A DNA stretch of 64,000 nt from Chrysomallon squamiferum (GCA_012295275.1 CM022667.1:5146001-5210000); one strand, 5' to 3'. Shown: positions 28,049 to 39,880, counted from the first letter of the stretch. Program-made: numbers and translations. The notes: generated by a model not told the origin, from the sequence alone.

Positions 28049-28104
28049 ACGCCTGCGACAGACACGCCCGCTGACCTGTCAGAAAGCGAGCCTGTCGCAG
28101 ACGT
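28049..28104 (-). other. 56-nt GC-rich intronic hairpin
   Basis: Self-complementary; paralog at 56010-56065. Confidence 0.75.
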
Positions 28105-28372
28105 GCTTCACAACAGCTTGCTCTGATTAGCACGTTAATTCTTTTCAAGGTTCAAGGTCCAAACGTCGTTCACAATATGACAGCTGTGCATGTCAGACGT
28201 TAGTGACAGCTTAATACTAGAAAACAAAATGAACAGCCTTACGGTTAATTATCTAACTGTCTCTAAAAGTTAAAACAAAAATTGCAAAACAAGAACATAG
28301 CTGATTTCGAGTCAATGCAATATAATAAAATAGTGTAACTAGTACGAGTATTCATTAGTTTCATACACTAAC

Positions 28373-28448
28373 ACGATATTGTTACCAACTGTTGGATGAC
28401 GAAAAAGCGAATAAAAATCTTCATATTATGATTTCTGAAAAGTATAAT
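28373..28448 (-). CDS. Gene A putative signal-peptide exon (IILFRNHNMKIFIRFFVIQQLVTIS)
   Basis: ttttcag| acceptor, |gttagt donor, 76 nt, phase 0 to 1, linking the ATG exon to the phase-1 chain; both differences from paralog 56338-56413 are synonymous (CAT/CAC, ATC/ATA). Confidence 0.55.
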
Positions 28449-28564
28449 CTGAAAAATAAAATATATTAAAATATTATCAAAACTAATTTTACATTATGGT
28501 AATGTTATTTAAAATTAAAATATGGCTGTGAAATGTTACAGAGTGGCATAATTTCAGTGCTTAC

Positions 28565-28567
28565 CAT
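28565..28567 (-). CDS. Gene A putative start codon at end of exon 1 (ATG|gtaagc)
   Basis: ATG immediately followed by a strong donor, in frame with the next exon; conserved at 56530-56532. Confidence 0.45.
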
Positions 28568-28621
28568 AGGTCCACATTTACATTTAGTGTCGTCTTTTTA
28601 TTATTTATTTCTAATTATTTT

Positions 28622-28672
<51 letters not shown>

Positions 28673-28751
28673 ACATTTTTATTTTATTATTATAATTATT
28701 GTTTTTAAAGATCACCATAGTTATCCAATTACCAATATACATAGAATACTC

Positions 28752-28781
28752 ACTGAATCTGCTAGTTAGGCTGCATTTATA
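28752..28781 (-). promoter_or_regulatory. Candidate core promoter: TATAAA followed by TCAGT initiator-like motif
   Basis: Minus-strand TATAAA at 28781-28776 and TCAGT at 28756-28752; same in paralog (56743-56714). TCA|GTGAGT could instead be a splice donor. Confidence 0.35.
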
Positions 28782-28930
28782 TGATTGAGAAAAGAAATTA
28801 TGAAGAGCAAACCCAATAAAAGCAACTGTATTTCTTTTCAACTTCTGTTTTTACGTTTTATTCCTTTATTTTTGATGACAGTATTACCTAAACTGTTTTC
28901 GTTGGTGCAGACGCTAATGAATCTCAGTGC

Positions 28931-28960
28931 ATTGCGTCATTTATCTGGACGTTACGTCAT
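28931..28960. promoter_or_regulatory. Paired CRE/ATF-C/EBP-like sites (ATGACGTAAC, ATGACGCAAT) 20 bp apart
   Basis: Motif match only, ~150-180 bp upstream of the candidate TATA; conserved at 56895-56924. Confidence 0.3.
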
Positions 28961-29516
28961 CGCAAAATGTGTGTTTATATTATCAGTTTGGTTATCGCAC
29001 GAAAACTAATAACAACTCTATTCATGACATTTTAGCTTTTTTGTTTTGGGTTTTATGTTTCATGCTTCAAAGCAACATAAGCCAGAGATCACATGCATAT
29101 TATGTGATGTTGGGCATTAATACAAATGTCTTAAATTAGTGTGTAAACAATTGTATGTACGGACATGTTCAGATTGATATCTGCGTGATAAACTAACAGT
29201 ACACTGTGTTTATTTTAACTCTGAAAATTCATTTGTGAAATAAATAAACAGTGCTGGAAATTGGAAGAACGCCTGGGAGATGTGAGAGTGGTAGCGCGGA
29301 GTTTCTTTACATTTTAGTTTCCAGTTTACACTAAAATAAATGGCGTTGGAGACATTTATTTATTAGTTATCCTTTACGTTTCTAATAAATAAAGGTAATT
29401 TATTTCCTTTAATTATATTTGTATATTTTACTCAGGTATCAATAATAACTAGGGTATAAGAAGATAAAAATAATAATAATAATAATAAAATAAATGAATA
29501 AATAAACAAATAAACA

Positions 29517-29572
<56 letters not shown>

Positions 29573-29760
29573 TAATAATACATTTCTTTACTGAATTATT
29601 TGCAAATTAAATTATAGACTTCAGTTTTTCTGAGATAAAAATAATACTTAATCCTAGACAAACATAGATACTCTAGTATACATTTTTCTTCTACTTCTTT
29701 TTCGTCTTGTTCTTGTTCTTGTTCTTCTTCTACTATCATTATTATTATTATTGTTATTAT

Positions 29761-29964
29761 TATTAGATAATTCATTACAAATATTTAAATATTTTCTTTC
29801 TGTTATTCTCTCTGAATTAATATCTTTACTTTCAATATTTCTGTTGTTTTTCCACTTGTGTAGATCTTTCTTTCAAAGAGACATCCACCAGTACTACGAC
29901 CCTACTTCGTAAGTAATATGTTTTGTTTAATATTTTAAAATTTACTTATCTGTTTAGTTATTTA
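29761..29964 (+). repeat. Inverted copy of 31891-32095, including an antisense duplicate of a gene B stalk exon (29864-29908)
   Basis: Direct reverse-complement match over ~200 bp. Confidence 0.9.
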
Positions 29965-30249
29965 GTTGCAGAAGTATTAATTCTACATTACAAGCTGTTA
30001 TAAAATGAACTATTAAGGGTTAAATTAAATTAACAAGTTTTAATCACATTCCTAATTAAATTAAGTTATACTAAATTACTAGAACAAACATACTGTGTAT
30101 CAAGACAAATTACTGAAGTGATTTGGCAGCACTAGCACTAATACAGATTCAGAATCTGTTGTGTTTTGTTTTCTAGTGAACGTAAACATGCTAATTGCAA
30201 ATACGTAGAGTCGTAAACAAATTAGGGGTACGCTAATGTTAACTTATAG

Positions 30250-30400
30250 CTGCCAAAACTGTAAGATATGCTTTCTGTGAGTTCCCCTGTCTCCATTTGA
30301 GGAAGTCTGTTCAACTCGTCTTCCAGCGCTTCACCAACTTCCTCTAACGTTGTTGGTAGTCCCACGCATGCGTAGAAGCAGCTGCGAGATGCACGTGCAG
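30250..30400 (-). mobile_element. Degraded Tc1/mariner transposase C-terminal fragment
   Basis: Minus strand reads HAWD then, in another frame, LPTTLEEVGEALEDELNRLPQMETGELTESI, resembling the IEHxWD...PxTxxELxxALxEEWxxIPQxxxxxLxxSM end of Tc1 transposases; recognised by eye. Confidence 0.4.
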
Positions 30401-31001
30401 ACTATGGAATTTGTTTATTAAAAGCCTGAATGTTTTTTACTGGCATGTGTCTAATCAAGGCATAGGATCCGTCAAAGGGCTGGTATTAACATTGACATTT
30501 CAGGTTTCCCCTACTTTGCTCGAATAGTATATAGTTCATATACACACACACTCGCACGCACGCACGCACACACACATATGATCTTAATACTGATCTGTAA
30601 CCTTCCTGATAAACAGAGATGTAAATACCGGTAGGAGAGATTTGGAGTAAATACTCTCCGTCATTTCAGTCTTGGCTACCAGGTAATTTAATGTTTGGTC
30701 TATTATCGTTGTCTGTATGGGTAAATAGGCTTTCAGTTGACTGAAAGTAAGAACACCAAAAAATTGTATGCAATTCTTTAATACAGAAACGAACTTGATA
30801 CAAATAAGTTGTTTTACATTCTCAAAGTATTAAGATTAACTTTTCCAAATATGATATGATTATCAAACAAGTATGATTGAGAATAACATGAAGGGAGTTT
30901 TATATTTCAGTATTATCGTATCTGTTTCGTAAACACAGTTACATAAACGTAAAAATAAGACACACATCATTCGAACGTAATAACTACAAAAACAAAATAA
31001 A

Positions 31002-31158
31002 TTAGTTAAGGACCCAATTATATGACTGTGAAACGTTATTGCTTCCACCAATATTGTCACCTTCAAAAGCAGGGTTCTCAAATGACTTATTTTCTTCTGA
31101 TTTTGCACCATATGTTTTCTCAGGAAATGTTTCGTAAACAACTTTGAATTTATTGGAC
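31002..31158 (-). CDS. Gene B terminal exon, cytoplasmic tail (RSNKFKVVYETFPEKTYGAKSEENKSFENPAFEGDNIGGSNNVSQSYNWVLN*)
   Basis: ttgttcacag| acceptor, phase 2 matching the TM exon, open to TAA; paralog 58223-58361 conserved in this frame. Confidence 0.8.
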
Positions 31159-31746
31159 CTGTGAACAAAATATATTTAATAATTAAACATTATGTTTTAA
31201 GAAATTATTCTTCATATAGACATATAGGGTGAGAGACTATAATATTTAATTCTGGTGTTTTTTTTCCCCCAGGTAAATAGTAACAGCTATAAAACTAAAC
31301 TGCATCCACTTTCAAACATCTGCGTCTAGTAGAGCCATTAATTTTTGTATAGATGAAAAAAAAAAAAAAAAAAAAAAAAAGAAGAACCTGAAATCCCGCC
31401 GGCCCCACTCTCCAAAAAGAAAGAAAAAAGAAATGAAAAAGAAAATAACAAAAAAAAACCCCAAAACCCACAAAAAAACAACAACAAACAACAACAGTCA
31501 AATGAAAACAAACACAACAAACTCATTTACAGTTTTGTAGCAGTTGGTTGAGAAGTAAGTCAGATATTTATTCATTCGTCCAGAATAACCGATTTAGTCG
31601 AATGGACAATACAGACCAAACACATATTGCCCATTTACATAATCTTTCTTCCTTTGTTTTACTTGAATATACAAAATTACTCTACAGTCTCTGTCTGGCA
31701 TTAATAATGTATTCTCTTATTTAATATACATGTATATATGTATTAC

Positions 31747-31813
31747 CTTTTCCAAGCTATGACCAGCAGGAAAACAACTACACTCGCAAAAGTCGCTACA
31801 GATACAAATACAC
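31747..31813 (-). CDS. Gene B transmembrane exon (VFVSVATFASVVVFLLVIAWKR)
   Basis: ttcttctctag|, |gtaata, 67 nt, phase 1 to 2; 20 uncharged residues then KR stop-transfer. Confidence 0.85.
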
Positions 31814-31946
31814 CTAGAGAAGAAACGTAATAAAAATAATAAATCATTTTAGAATGAATGAATGAATGGGCGAATGAATACATTAAAAAGTAAATAACTA
31901 AACAGATAAGTAAATTTTAAAATATTAAACAAAACGTATTACTTAC

Positions 31947-31991
31947 GAAGTAGGGTCGTAGTACTGGTGGATGTCTCTTGGAAAGAAAGAT
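31947..31991 (-). CDS. Gene B Thr-rich juxtamembrane exon (DLSFQETSTSTTTLL)
   Basis: tctag|, |gtaagt, 45 nt; paralog 59216-59260. Confidence 0.75.
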
Positions 31992-32089
31992 CTAGACAAA
32001 CGGAATGACAACAGAAATATTGAAAGTAATGATATTACGTCAAAGAGAATAACAGAAAGAAAATATTTAAATATTTGTAATGAATTATC

Positions 32090-32139
<50 letters not shown>

Positions 32140-32265
32140 GCAATATCAGTAATAATATTAAAAAGTCAGAAAACAAATAATAACTATATATATATATTAA
32201 ACATAATAATAAATCATAGAAAGAAAAAAAGAAAAAGTTAATTTGATTGCAACATGAAACTTTAT

Positions 32266-32299
<34 letters not shown>

Positions 32300-32344
32300 C
32301 TATATTTGTTTGAGAGAAAAAGATAGACAACCATACTGGCAGAC

Positions 32345-32400
<56 letters not shown>

Positions 32401-34224
32401 CTATATACAATATATATATATATAGATAGGTAGAATGAGAGATTTGTTGGTTCTAATACACGATACATGGAAGTGAATAATATACCTTTTCACTTATTTA
32501 ACCCACTAGAAAAGTATGAAAATAGCTAATTAAGAAAACAACATTATTCAAGCCATATAGAATTTCTAGAGGAATTAATGAATGAAAGATAAAGAAAAAA
32601 ATGTTAAACAAGTAATAAATAAAATAAAATAAATGAAATATTGAGATCCACACGAACTATCAATTTAGAGATACCAGATTTAAATATAAAATATTTTAAA
32701 GAGATTGTATCAAGAAATAAAATGTTGTTAAAAATGTTTTAATGGGTCAACCCATTAATTTTGTATGAATATTTGTTATATCCGAAAAATAGGTCTCTCA
32801 GGAAAATTCTCCATAGCATAATGAGTAGTCTTTCGTTCTACCAGTAGTTTTTAGGGTATAATAAAAAGTTTTCCCCTTAGATAATCTACTATGATGGTAG
32901 GTTCTATAAATATGGATGAAATCTGACATACTTGTGTACTTTAACTGACGAATGCAAATAAGATCTCGTAATTTTTGAAATCATTTGGAGTCAAGCTTCG
33001 TATATTTTCTCTGATAGGCGGTTTCACCCATAGCTCCCGAGTCTTCGCAAGCTTCGTGTGAAACAATTGTACAAAATAAGAATATTAATGTTTGTGAATA
33101 TTCAGGCAGTTAGGAATGTCCCTACTCAGACTCGATAATAATAATAATCAGAAGAAGAAGGTAATGACATTAGCGATGACGTTACTTGTAAAAATAATGG
33201 AACTGATTGCCTATTACAGCCATTTTTATTAATGGTCGCTGTCAAACTTAATGTTGGACAAAATTTGATCAGTCGGATAAATGTATTCATGGAGGCAGTG
33301 ATGGGCGTCTCATTTAGTGAAATATCTTAACATTACTGTTTAGACAGACGATTCACAGGTTAAAAAGAAACAAATAAAATGTTTTAAATAAAAAAACAGA
33401 CAACTCTTACATAAGGATTATATAGGCAAAAACACAAAAAGACATAGAAGAAGAAGAAGAAAAAAATGGCAAACAGATTCTAATTTATATTTTACTTCAC
33501 TATATGCAGAACGCAAACGTTTCCTTGATGTAAGTCAATGTATGAATTTCATTTCGATGTCTAATCCTATGTTTTATTGTTTTTAGATTCTAATAGGAAC
33601 ATTTCGGACCATGGTAAACATACGGAGAATCATAGAACAAATATATATATAATATATATACAATTAGCATCATTTCAAGTAATATAGTAATTCCACGTAC
33701 AGGACATTCTAAATTAAATACAAAATGATGTGCGACTAATATACACACATCAAAATAATGTTTATATAAATTCAATCTGTGCGAAACTTAAGATTGAAAT
33801 TTGTTTTATCCATGTTCATTTAATGAGTTTAAGGAGATAATTACACTAACAATTTCTATTATTAATACTTCGTGTATGCACTAATCATCATTGACTGAGC
33901 TATTATAATTAACACCACGCCTCAGCATGCATCAAAGTGTGTAAAAGTTGATTTCTGACAGTTTCATGAATCCAGTCGTAGCCTATTACTTTGACATTAG
34001 AAGGGAACTCTCATAGAAAAGTTGGTATTTGATGTCATCAACAGTGTGTCCATATGGTTTAACTAAACAACCTTTTCATAAGGTTTCAAATCATTTATTG
34101 TCAAAGCAGTTTTTTTCTCAAACTCCCACATTTTGCTGGAATAATTCTGATGTTGTTAGCAAGGAAAATGCATTTTGTTTTCTTGTTTTGATCAATTAAT
34201 AAACAAACAGTAAGATCTACCTAC

Positions 34225-34260
34225 CGGTTGTTGCTGTAGATTCGGCTCTAAAAGGACGGC
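34225..34260 (-). CDS. Gene B candidate stalk microexon (RRPFRAESTATT)
   Basis: ctaattcag|, |gtaggt, 36 nt, in frame. Confidence 0.55.
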
Positions 34261-34624
34261 CTGAATTAGTGAGAAAACAATATAATTATTTTATGCCTAT
34301 AATAATAGTTACACACGGAGAGAGGACTTCACATTACGACATGTACTGCTGCAATGACATGGATGCAGATAACATATCCACTCTCTTTAAGAAATTTGTT
34401 AAATAATTAAGTAAAGAACTCAATACAAACGTTTTCCAGATGAAATAGACAGAGAGAGAGAGAGAGAGAAAGTACATTGAAAAGTTACCAATTCATATGT
34501 TCTTAGTATCCAAAAATTATGACAGAGGGACAACGGGTATGAATACAAAAATAAAATAAAATAAAATAAAATAAAATAAAATAAAATAAAATAAAATAAA
34601 ATAAATAAATAAATAAATAAATAA

Positions 34625-34698
<74 letters not shown>

Positions 34699-34993
34699 TA
34701 CTTATAATAATAATAATAAAATAAAATTATAGAAATAGAAATAGAGTAAGTCAGATAATAAATTGCAAAGAGGGTGTAAGTGATGACAGTAATAATAATA
34801 ATAACACTAATAATAATAAGAAGAAGAAGAAAGAAGAAGAAGAAGAAGAAGAAGAAAAAGAAGAGTAAAAAAATATAATAGTAGCAACAACAACAATAAC
34901 AAAACAATAAGAACAAGAAGAAGAAACATGAATAAAGATGATGATGACGACAGTAATTAATAGCGTTATCAACAATGCTATACGGACACTTAC

Positions 34994-35011
34994 GACCAAA
35001 ATGCACATCCT
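34994..35011 (-). CDS. Gene B duplicated stalk microexon (QDVHFG), outer acceptor lost
   Basis: Copy of 35363-35389; outer AG reads AC, internal tgcag| gives an in-frame 18 nt exon. Confidence 0.4.
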
Positions 35012-35071
35012 CTGCAGATCGTGGTAAAATAAATAAATCAATCAATAAATCAGTCAGTGATATTGATGATG

Positions 35072-35151
<80 letters not shown>

Positions 35152-35362
35152 AAAGAAGAGTAAAAAAACGAATTATAATAGTAACAACAACAATTACAAA
35201 ACAAGAAGAAGAAGAAAAAAAGAAGAAGAAGAAGAAGAAGAAGAAGAAGAAGAAGAAGAAGAAGAAAAAGAAGAAGAAGAAGAAGAAAGAAGAAAGATGA
35301 ATAAAGATGGTAACAATGGCAGTAATAATAGCGTTGTAAACAAATGCTATGCTGATACTTAC

Positions 35363-35389
35363 GACCAAAATCCACATTGTCTGCAGATC
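35363..35389 (-). CDS. Gene B stalk microexon (GSADNVDFG)
   Basis: accag|, |gtaagt, 27 nt; paralog 59910-59936. Confidence 0.7.
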
Positions 35390-35659
35390 CTGGTAAGGAA
35401 ATAAATCAATGAACAAAAGAAAAAAAAATAAGAATGACAACAGCAACAAATATACAACAAAACAAGTATAATATGATGAGTAAGATAATTATTTAAATGT
35501 TTATATTTGACCAGAGTAAGAAGTGTAATATTCAGCGGCTATGTACGTCATAGTTTTACATCCGATGCAAAAACTAATTTACAACAACAACAACAACAAT
35601 AATAATAATAATAATAACAATCAAACTAGGAATTATTAATCAAACTAGGAATTATTAAG

Positions 35660-35696
<37 letters not shown>

Positions 35697-35733
35697 AGAA
35701 GAAATCTGAATTTGATAAAATAAACATTCTTAC

Positions 35734-35760
35734 CAACAATTTGGGTATCTGTGGAGTTAT
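35734..35760 (-). CDS. Gene B stalk microexon (DNSTDTQIV)
   Basis: ttcttag|, |gtaaga, 27 nt; paralog 60284-60298. Confidence 0.65.
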
Positions 35761-36605
35761 CTAAGAATAAAATAATGAAAGTACATTAGTTTACATATTT
35801 ATAAAAGAGAGTATATTATATTAAGATTTCGATACAACGGTCTAACAATAATAACAATAAAATAATAATAATAATAATAATAATATTAATAATAATAATA
35901 ATAATAAAACTATATTATTATTATTATTATTATTACTATTATTATTATTATTATTATTATTAATTTGGTATCCAGCAGCTACCACATTATAATTTGAGTA
36001 CATTGTATATTTAATATTACAGTAATCAGTAATTAAGCTGAAATATTTATAATACTGAAATGTCGTTGTTTTAAAATAAATTATTTTTAAGTGATTTTCT
36101 GCATAATGTATTGTGTTTTATCAATGAGTTAATTCGGTGGTCTTCTGTATAGTAACAAAATTAAGAAACCTGTAAACATTGTGAAAATACTTTTTATCTA
36201 GATCTAATGAGTATTGTGTTAATTGAAATATAAATTCATTAGACACAAATACAAGGAATGTTTAAAAGAATGTATCATATCATTAAATTTTAAAGATAAT
36301 GATCATCAAAAAGAATAAAATATATATATATAAAAAAAAAAAAAAAATTAAATTTAAAAACTAATTTGTAGGAAACAGTATATGGCTAATGGACTAACAA
36401 AACTGAGTATGGAGAAACTTATCATCAAAATGACTGGTTTAACCATTCTGAGGAAGAAATAACAGAAATGAACACACAAATAAATAATGAAAATAATATA
36501 TTTAAAAGATTACAAAATAAATAGTAATATCAAAGAGAACAATGTAAAGCAAAACAAATAAATACTTAATTAAGAAAAAACAGGTATACAGCAATAACAA
36601 CGATG

Positions 36606-36664
<59 letters not shown>

Positions 36665-36978
36665 AATAATAATAATAACAACAAAACAACAACAAAATAT
36701 TAAAATTATGGAGAAGGAAGGTTGCCTTTCGTATTTTTCATTATTTGTTTTCCATTCTTTCTTCTTTCTTCTGGTGGTGTTTTATAAGCGCTGAATTATT
36801 TACAATAGTTAAGTGTGGACTACAAGTTTAATGTCGATAAATAACTGAACTTGTGGGAATGCGTCGAGTTTCTCTAATAAAAGTACATTTTAATTTTAAG
36901 TAATTTAAATAGATTTAGAATGTATTACAAACGACTCTGAAGACAAACTTCAAGCTTTTAGTTATTGCCGCTCATTAC

Positions 36979-36996
36979 CAATATTATCATGGTCAA
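36979..36996 (-). CDS. Gene B candidate microexon (VDHDNI)
   Basis: Identical to 1985-2002. Confidence 0.4.
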
Positions 36997-37955
36997 CTGT
37001 ATTTTGTCATAATAACAAAAGACAACAATGAAAGTATATAAAGGATAAAAAGATAATTAAATGGTTCTAAAGTAGTCACTAGTAATAATGTTGAAAATAT
37101 AATAAAAATAGAGCAAGTTAAAAAAAAAAATGGAACATAAATGACAAACAATGAACCTTATAGACAAAGAAGAATACATTACGCAGTTATCATCATTCAT
37201 TTCCCAATACGACTTTCTACAGTTAATTTTTAAAACTGATAACAGTAATATTCAATAATATTCAAGTATTTAAAACAATTGCGAACAATACGCTGAGTAT
37301 CAATACATGGCGTTGCGTTTCTGTCATAAAACTAAATTTAGTTTTGATGTAATCTGTGTAGATTAACAAACTAGTAAAAGTGCATTTCATATTTATCCGG
37401 TAAAAATTAATTTTGTTTATATGTAATTTAAATAAATTTAGAATGTGATATGAAAGAATTTCAAGTGTAAACGTCAAGATTTTACCTTCTGGAGCTCCTT
37501 AAATACAATTTAGAGAAAATGTACTAACGATACTGAGTATGATGGAACTTAACATTACTAGGTTCTTCCTCTATATTTAACGACATAAATAAAAAATAAA
37601 TAAATACGAAATAAAATACAAAAGCATAATACAGTGGTTACAGAAACATTAATAATAATATTGAAGAAAATACTGAATGAGTAAAATAAATATGAAGAGA
37701 AATTAAATGAATATTATGGAAATAAAAAATAATCAAACTGAAATAATTTTTTAAATAAAGTAATACGAGCATATAACACTGGCAGCAGCAGAATTTTATC
37801 TGTGTTCATTATGTAGAATTTGCAGGAAATGCATTAAGGCTAATATACGTTATCTACAGGTGTTAGTAAAATACAGTTTACAGGAAATTTTGTGTGACCA
37901 ATACGAAATGTAGTACAACTCATCTATTAATAAGACAGGATATTATGGTACTTAC

Positions 37956-37973
37956 CCTCAACATTACTCTCGT
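37956..37973 (-). CDS. Gene B microexon (DESNVE)
   Basis: tttag|, |gtaagt, 18 nt. Confidence 0.6.
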
Positions 37974-38417
37974 CTAAATATTTTGATGAAAAATAAAACA
38001 AACAAAGGGAAAATTAAAAGATACAAAATAAATAATGTTAATAAGAAAAAAGTAAAGTAAAATAAATAAATAATAATAAATTAATAACATAAACATAAAA
38101 AAGAACAAAAAATACATAAGTTAAAAAACAACACCCCAACAACAGCAACAACAATAGTAATAACACATTATGAACTTTAAAATCATAAACGTCATTGTAG
38201 TCTTTATTTTGTAATAAAGAAACGAAACAACTAATTAATGAAGAAATAAACTAACCAACTAACTGTCTCTCTCTCTCCCTCTCACTCTCGCACTCTCTCT
38301 CATATATATATATATATATACATATATAAAGTAAAAAGAGAAAAAGTGAATAGTAAAAAATGTATGAATAATAATATTGAAAAACAAAAAGAGTGAAATA
38401 CAATAATGATAATAATA

Positions 38418-38466
<49 letters not shown>

Positions 38467-38777
38467 TATTATTAATAACTATCGAGAACATGGCCTAAAT
38501 GGAAACAAATCCAGCTGACCAGTTAAGTATCCTATTGCAATTTAATTAATTCGACGATATAACAAAACATGTATGTCTTTTAATTAATTTTCTTTTGAAC
38601 TAGAGATGAAAGGATTTTGTTCCATCACAACAGCACTATTTATCAGGTTGTTTGCTAGTTTGTTTATTTAATAGAAATAACTATACATAGGCAGAAACTA
38701 AGAGCTCAACATTCATGCTTAATAAAATAAAAATAATAATATTAATAATAACACTAATAATAATAATATTAATAATA

Positions 38778-38817
<40 letters not shown>

Positions 38818-38917
38818 TATTAGGATACAGAACAAATTACATTCAAATAGCTTGTAAGTATAAAGATGTACTTTGTAAAATCCTAATAATAATATTTGTA
38901 GGATACTCTATGCTCAC

Positions 38918-39250
38918 CAGGTGAATGTTTAACACATGTGGGTTCACCAATACCTGGACGTGGTCCATCACTGCATATCCATTCACCTTCATCAAGCTCT
39001 TTTTTGAAAGCGAAAACAGCAATTAATAGGTGTGTCGGTGAAGCTATTAGGAATCGGTAATCTTGTTTAGTATCCACATTTTCACATTTTGTCATGAGTG
39101 AATTACAGGTTACGAACAATGTAGGAAATCCGCTATTAGGACGGTAAACGTTTAATCCATGTTTTAGTTTGCCAGATATTGTACAAGACAATCCTGTCAA
39201 TTTTCCTTCTGTTGGGGTACCCATGCAATCGAAATAAGTTTTTGCCCTTT
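38918..39250 (-). CDS. Gene B Ig-like exon
   Basis: ctgcag|, |gtgagc, 333 nt, ERAKTYFDCMGTP...TCVKHSP. Confidence 0.85.
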
Positions 39251-39880
39251 CTGCAGAATATATTTGATATGTTTGTTCAAAGAAACACAGAATTGCTATA
39301 GTTATTAAGAAATTATTATATTTCTAACGTAATAACATTAAAGATTATGATGAGAATTAAACACATGTATCAACATATACATACACATACACGTAAGCAG
39401 AGGTTGCAGAAAATTTTACTTATTTAGGTCATGTTAAATTATACAGCACTGAGCATATAATAACGGCCTGTCATCGCTGTATTTGGCTTGTACGAAATTG
39501 ATCCTGATAACAATCAATTGTCAAGTATACCTTCAGTATCGGTAAATCGTAAGAAACTATGGTAATGAGTTGTGTTTATCTAATTAAACTCACTTTAGCG
39601 TTAATGTGATTATAAGAAATTCAGAGCGTATTTCAGAAGGAAACGAAAAGATGTTAGCCTCAGTATTTTACTGAATTATAGTCACGTGCTCTCGTTAAAC
39701 ATAGTTCATAGAAAATAAAGGATGAAAAGAAAATCACTTAAAGATGAAAATGATAATAAATAACTTCAAAAATCTAACAAGACTGATAAAGAAGGTTTAA
39801 TATATTATTTTACCTATCTGTGTTCGTTTAGTACAATTTATGACTAATGTGTTAATACGACTGACTGTGACGAAACTTAC

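Larger units (their letters stand above)
424..28567 (-). other. Gene A (5' part, runs off left edge): multi-Ig-like-domain cell-surface protein, 11 Ig exons plus linker microexons
   Basis: Chain of in-frame AG/GT-bounded exons on the minus strand, from the ATG exon at 28565-28567 to the Ig exon at 424-756, which ends in a donor site. No TM or stop exon recognised in the window. Confidence 0.8.
25200..32100. repeat. Segmental duplication copy 1 (gene 5' end + intergenic + neighbour's TM/tail exons); copy 2 at ~53200-59400
   Basis: Long colinear near-identical stretches, e.g. 27938-29200 vs 55898-57160 and 30690-31860 vs 57890-59120, with indels. Confidence 0.9.
36320..38100. repeat. Duplicate of ~1660-3120 (post-array intronic block with microexons)
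   Basis: Colinear matches such as ctaatttgtaggaaacagtatatggctaatggactaac at 1698 and 36361. Confidence 0.85.

Noticed and set aside
29255-29330. NF-kB-like and ISRE-like motifs upstream of gene A
   Set aside because: Only partial consensus matches, expected by chance.
29340-29460. Plus-strand ATG, hydrophobic codons and GT/AG sites suggesting an antisense gene linked to the inverted exon at 29864
   Set aside because: In-frame stop after 8 codons, and the segment is partly deleted in the paralog; at most a relic.
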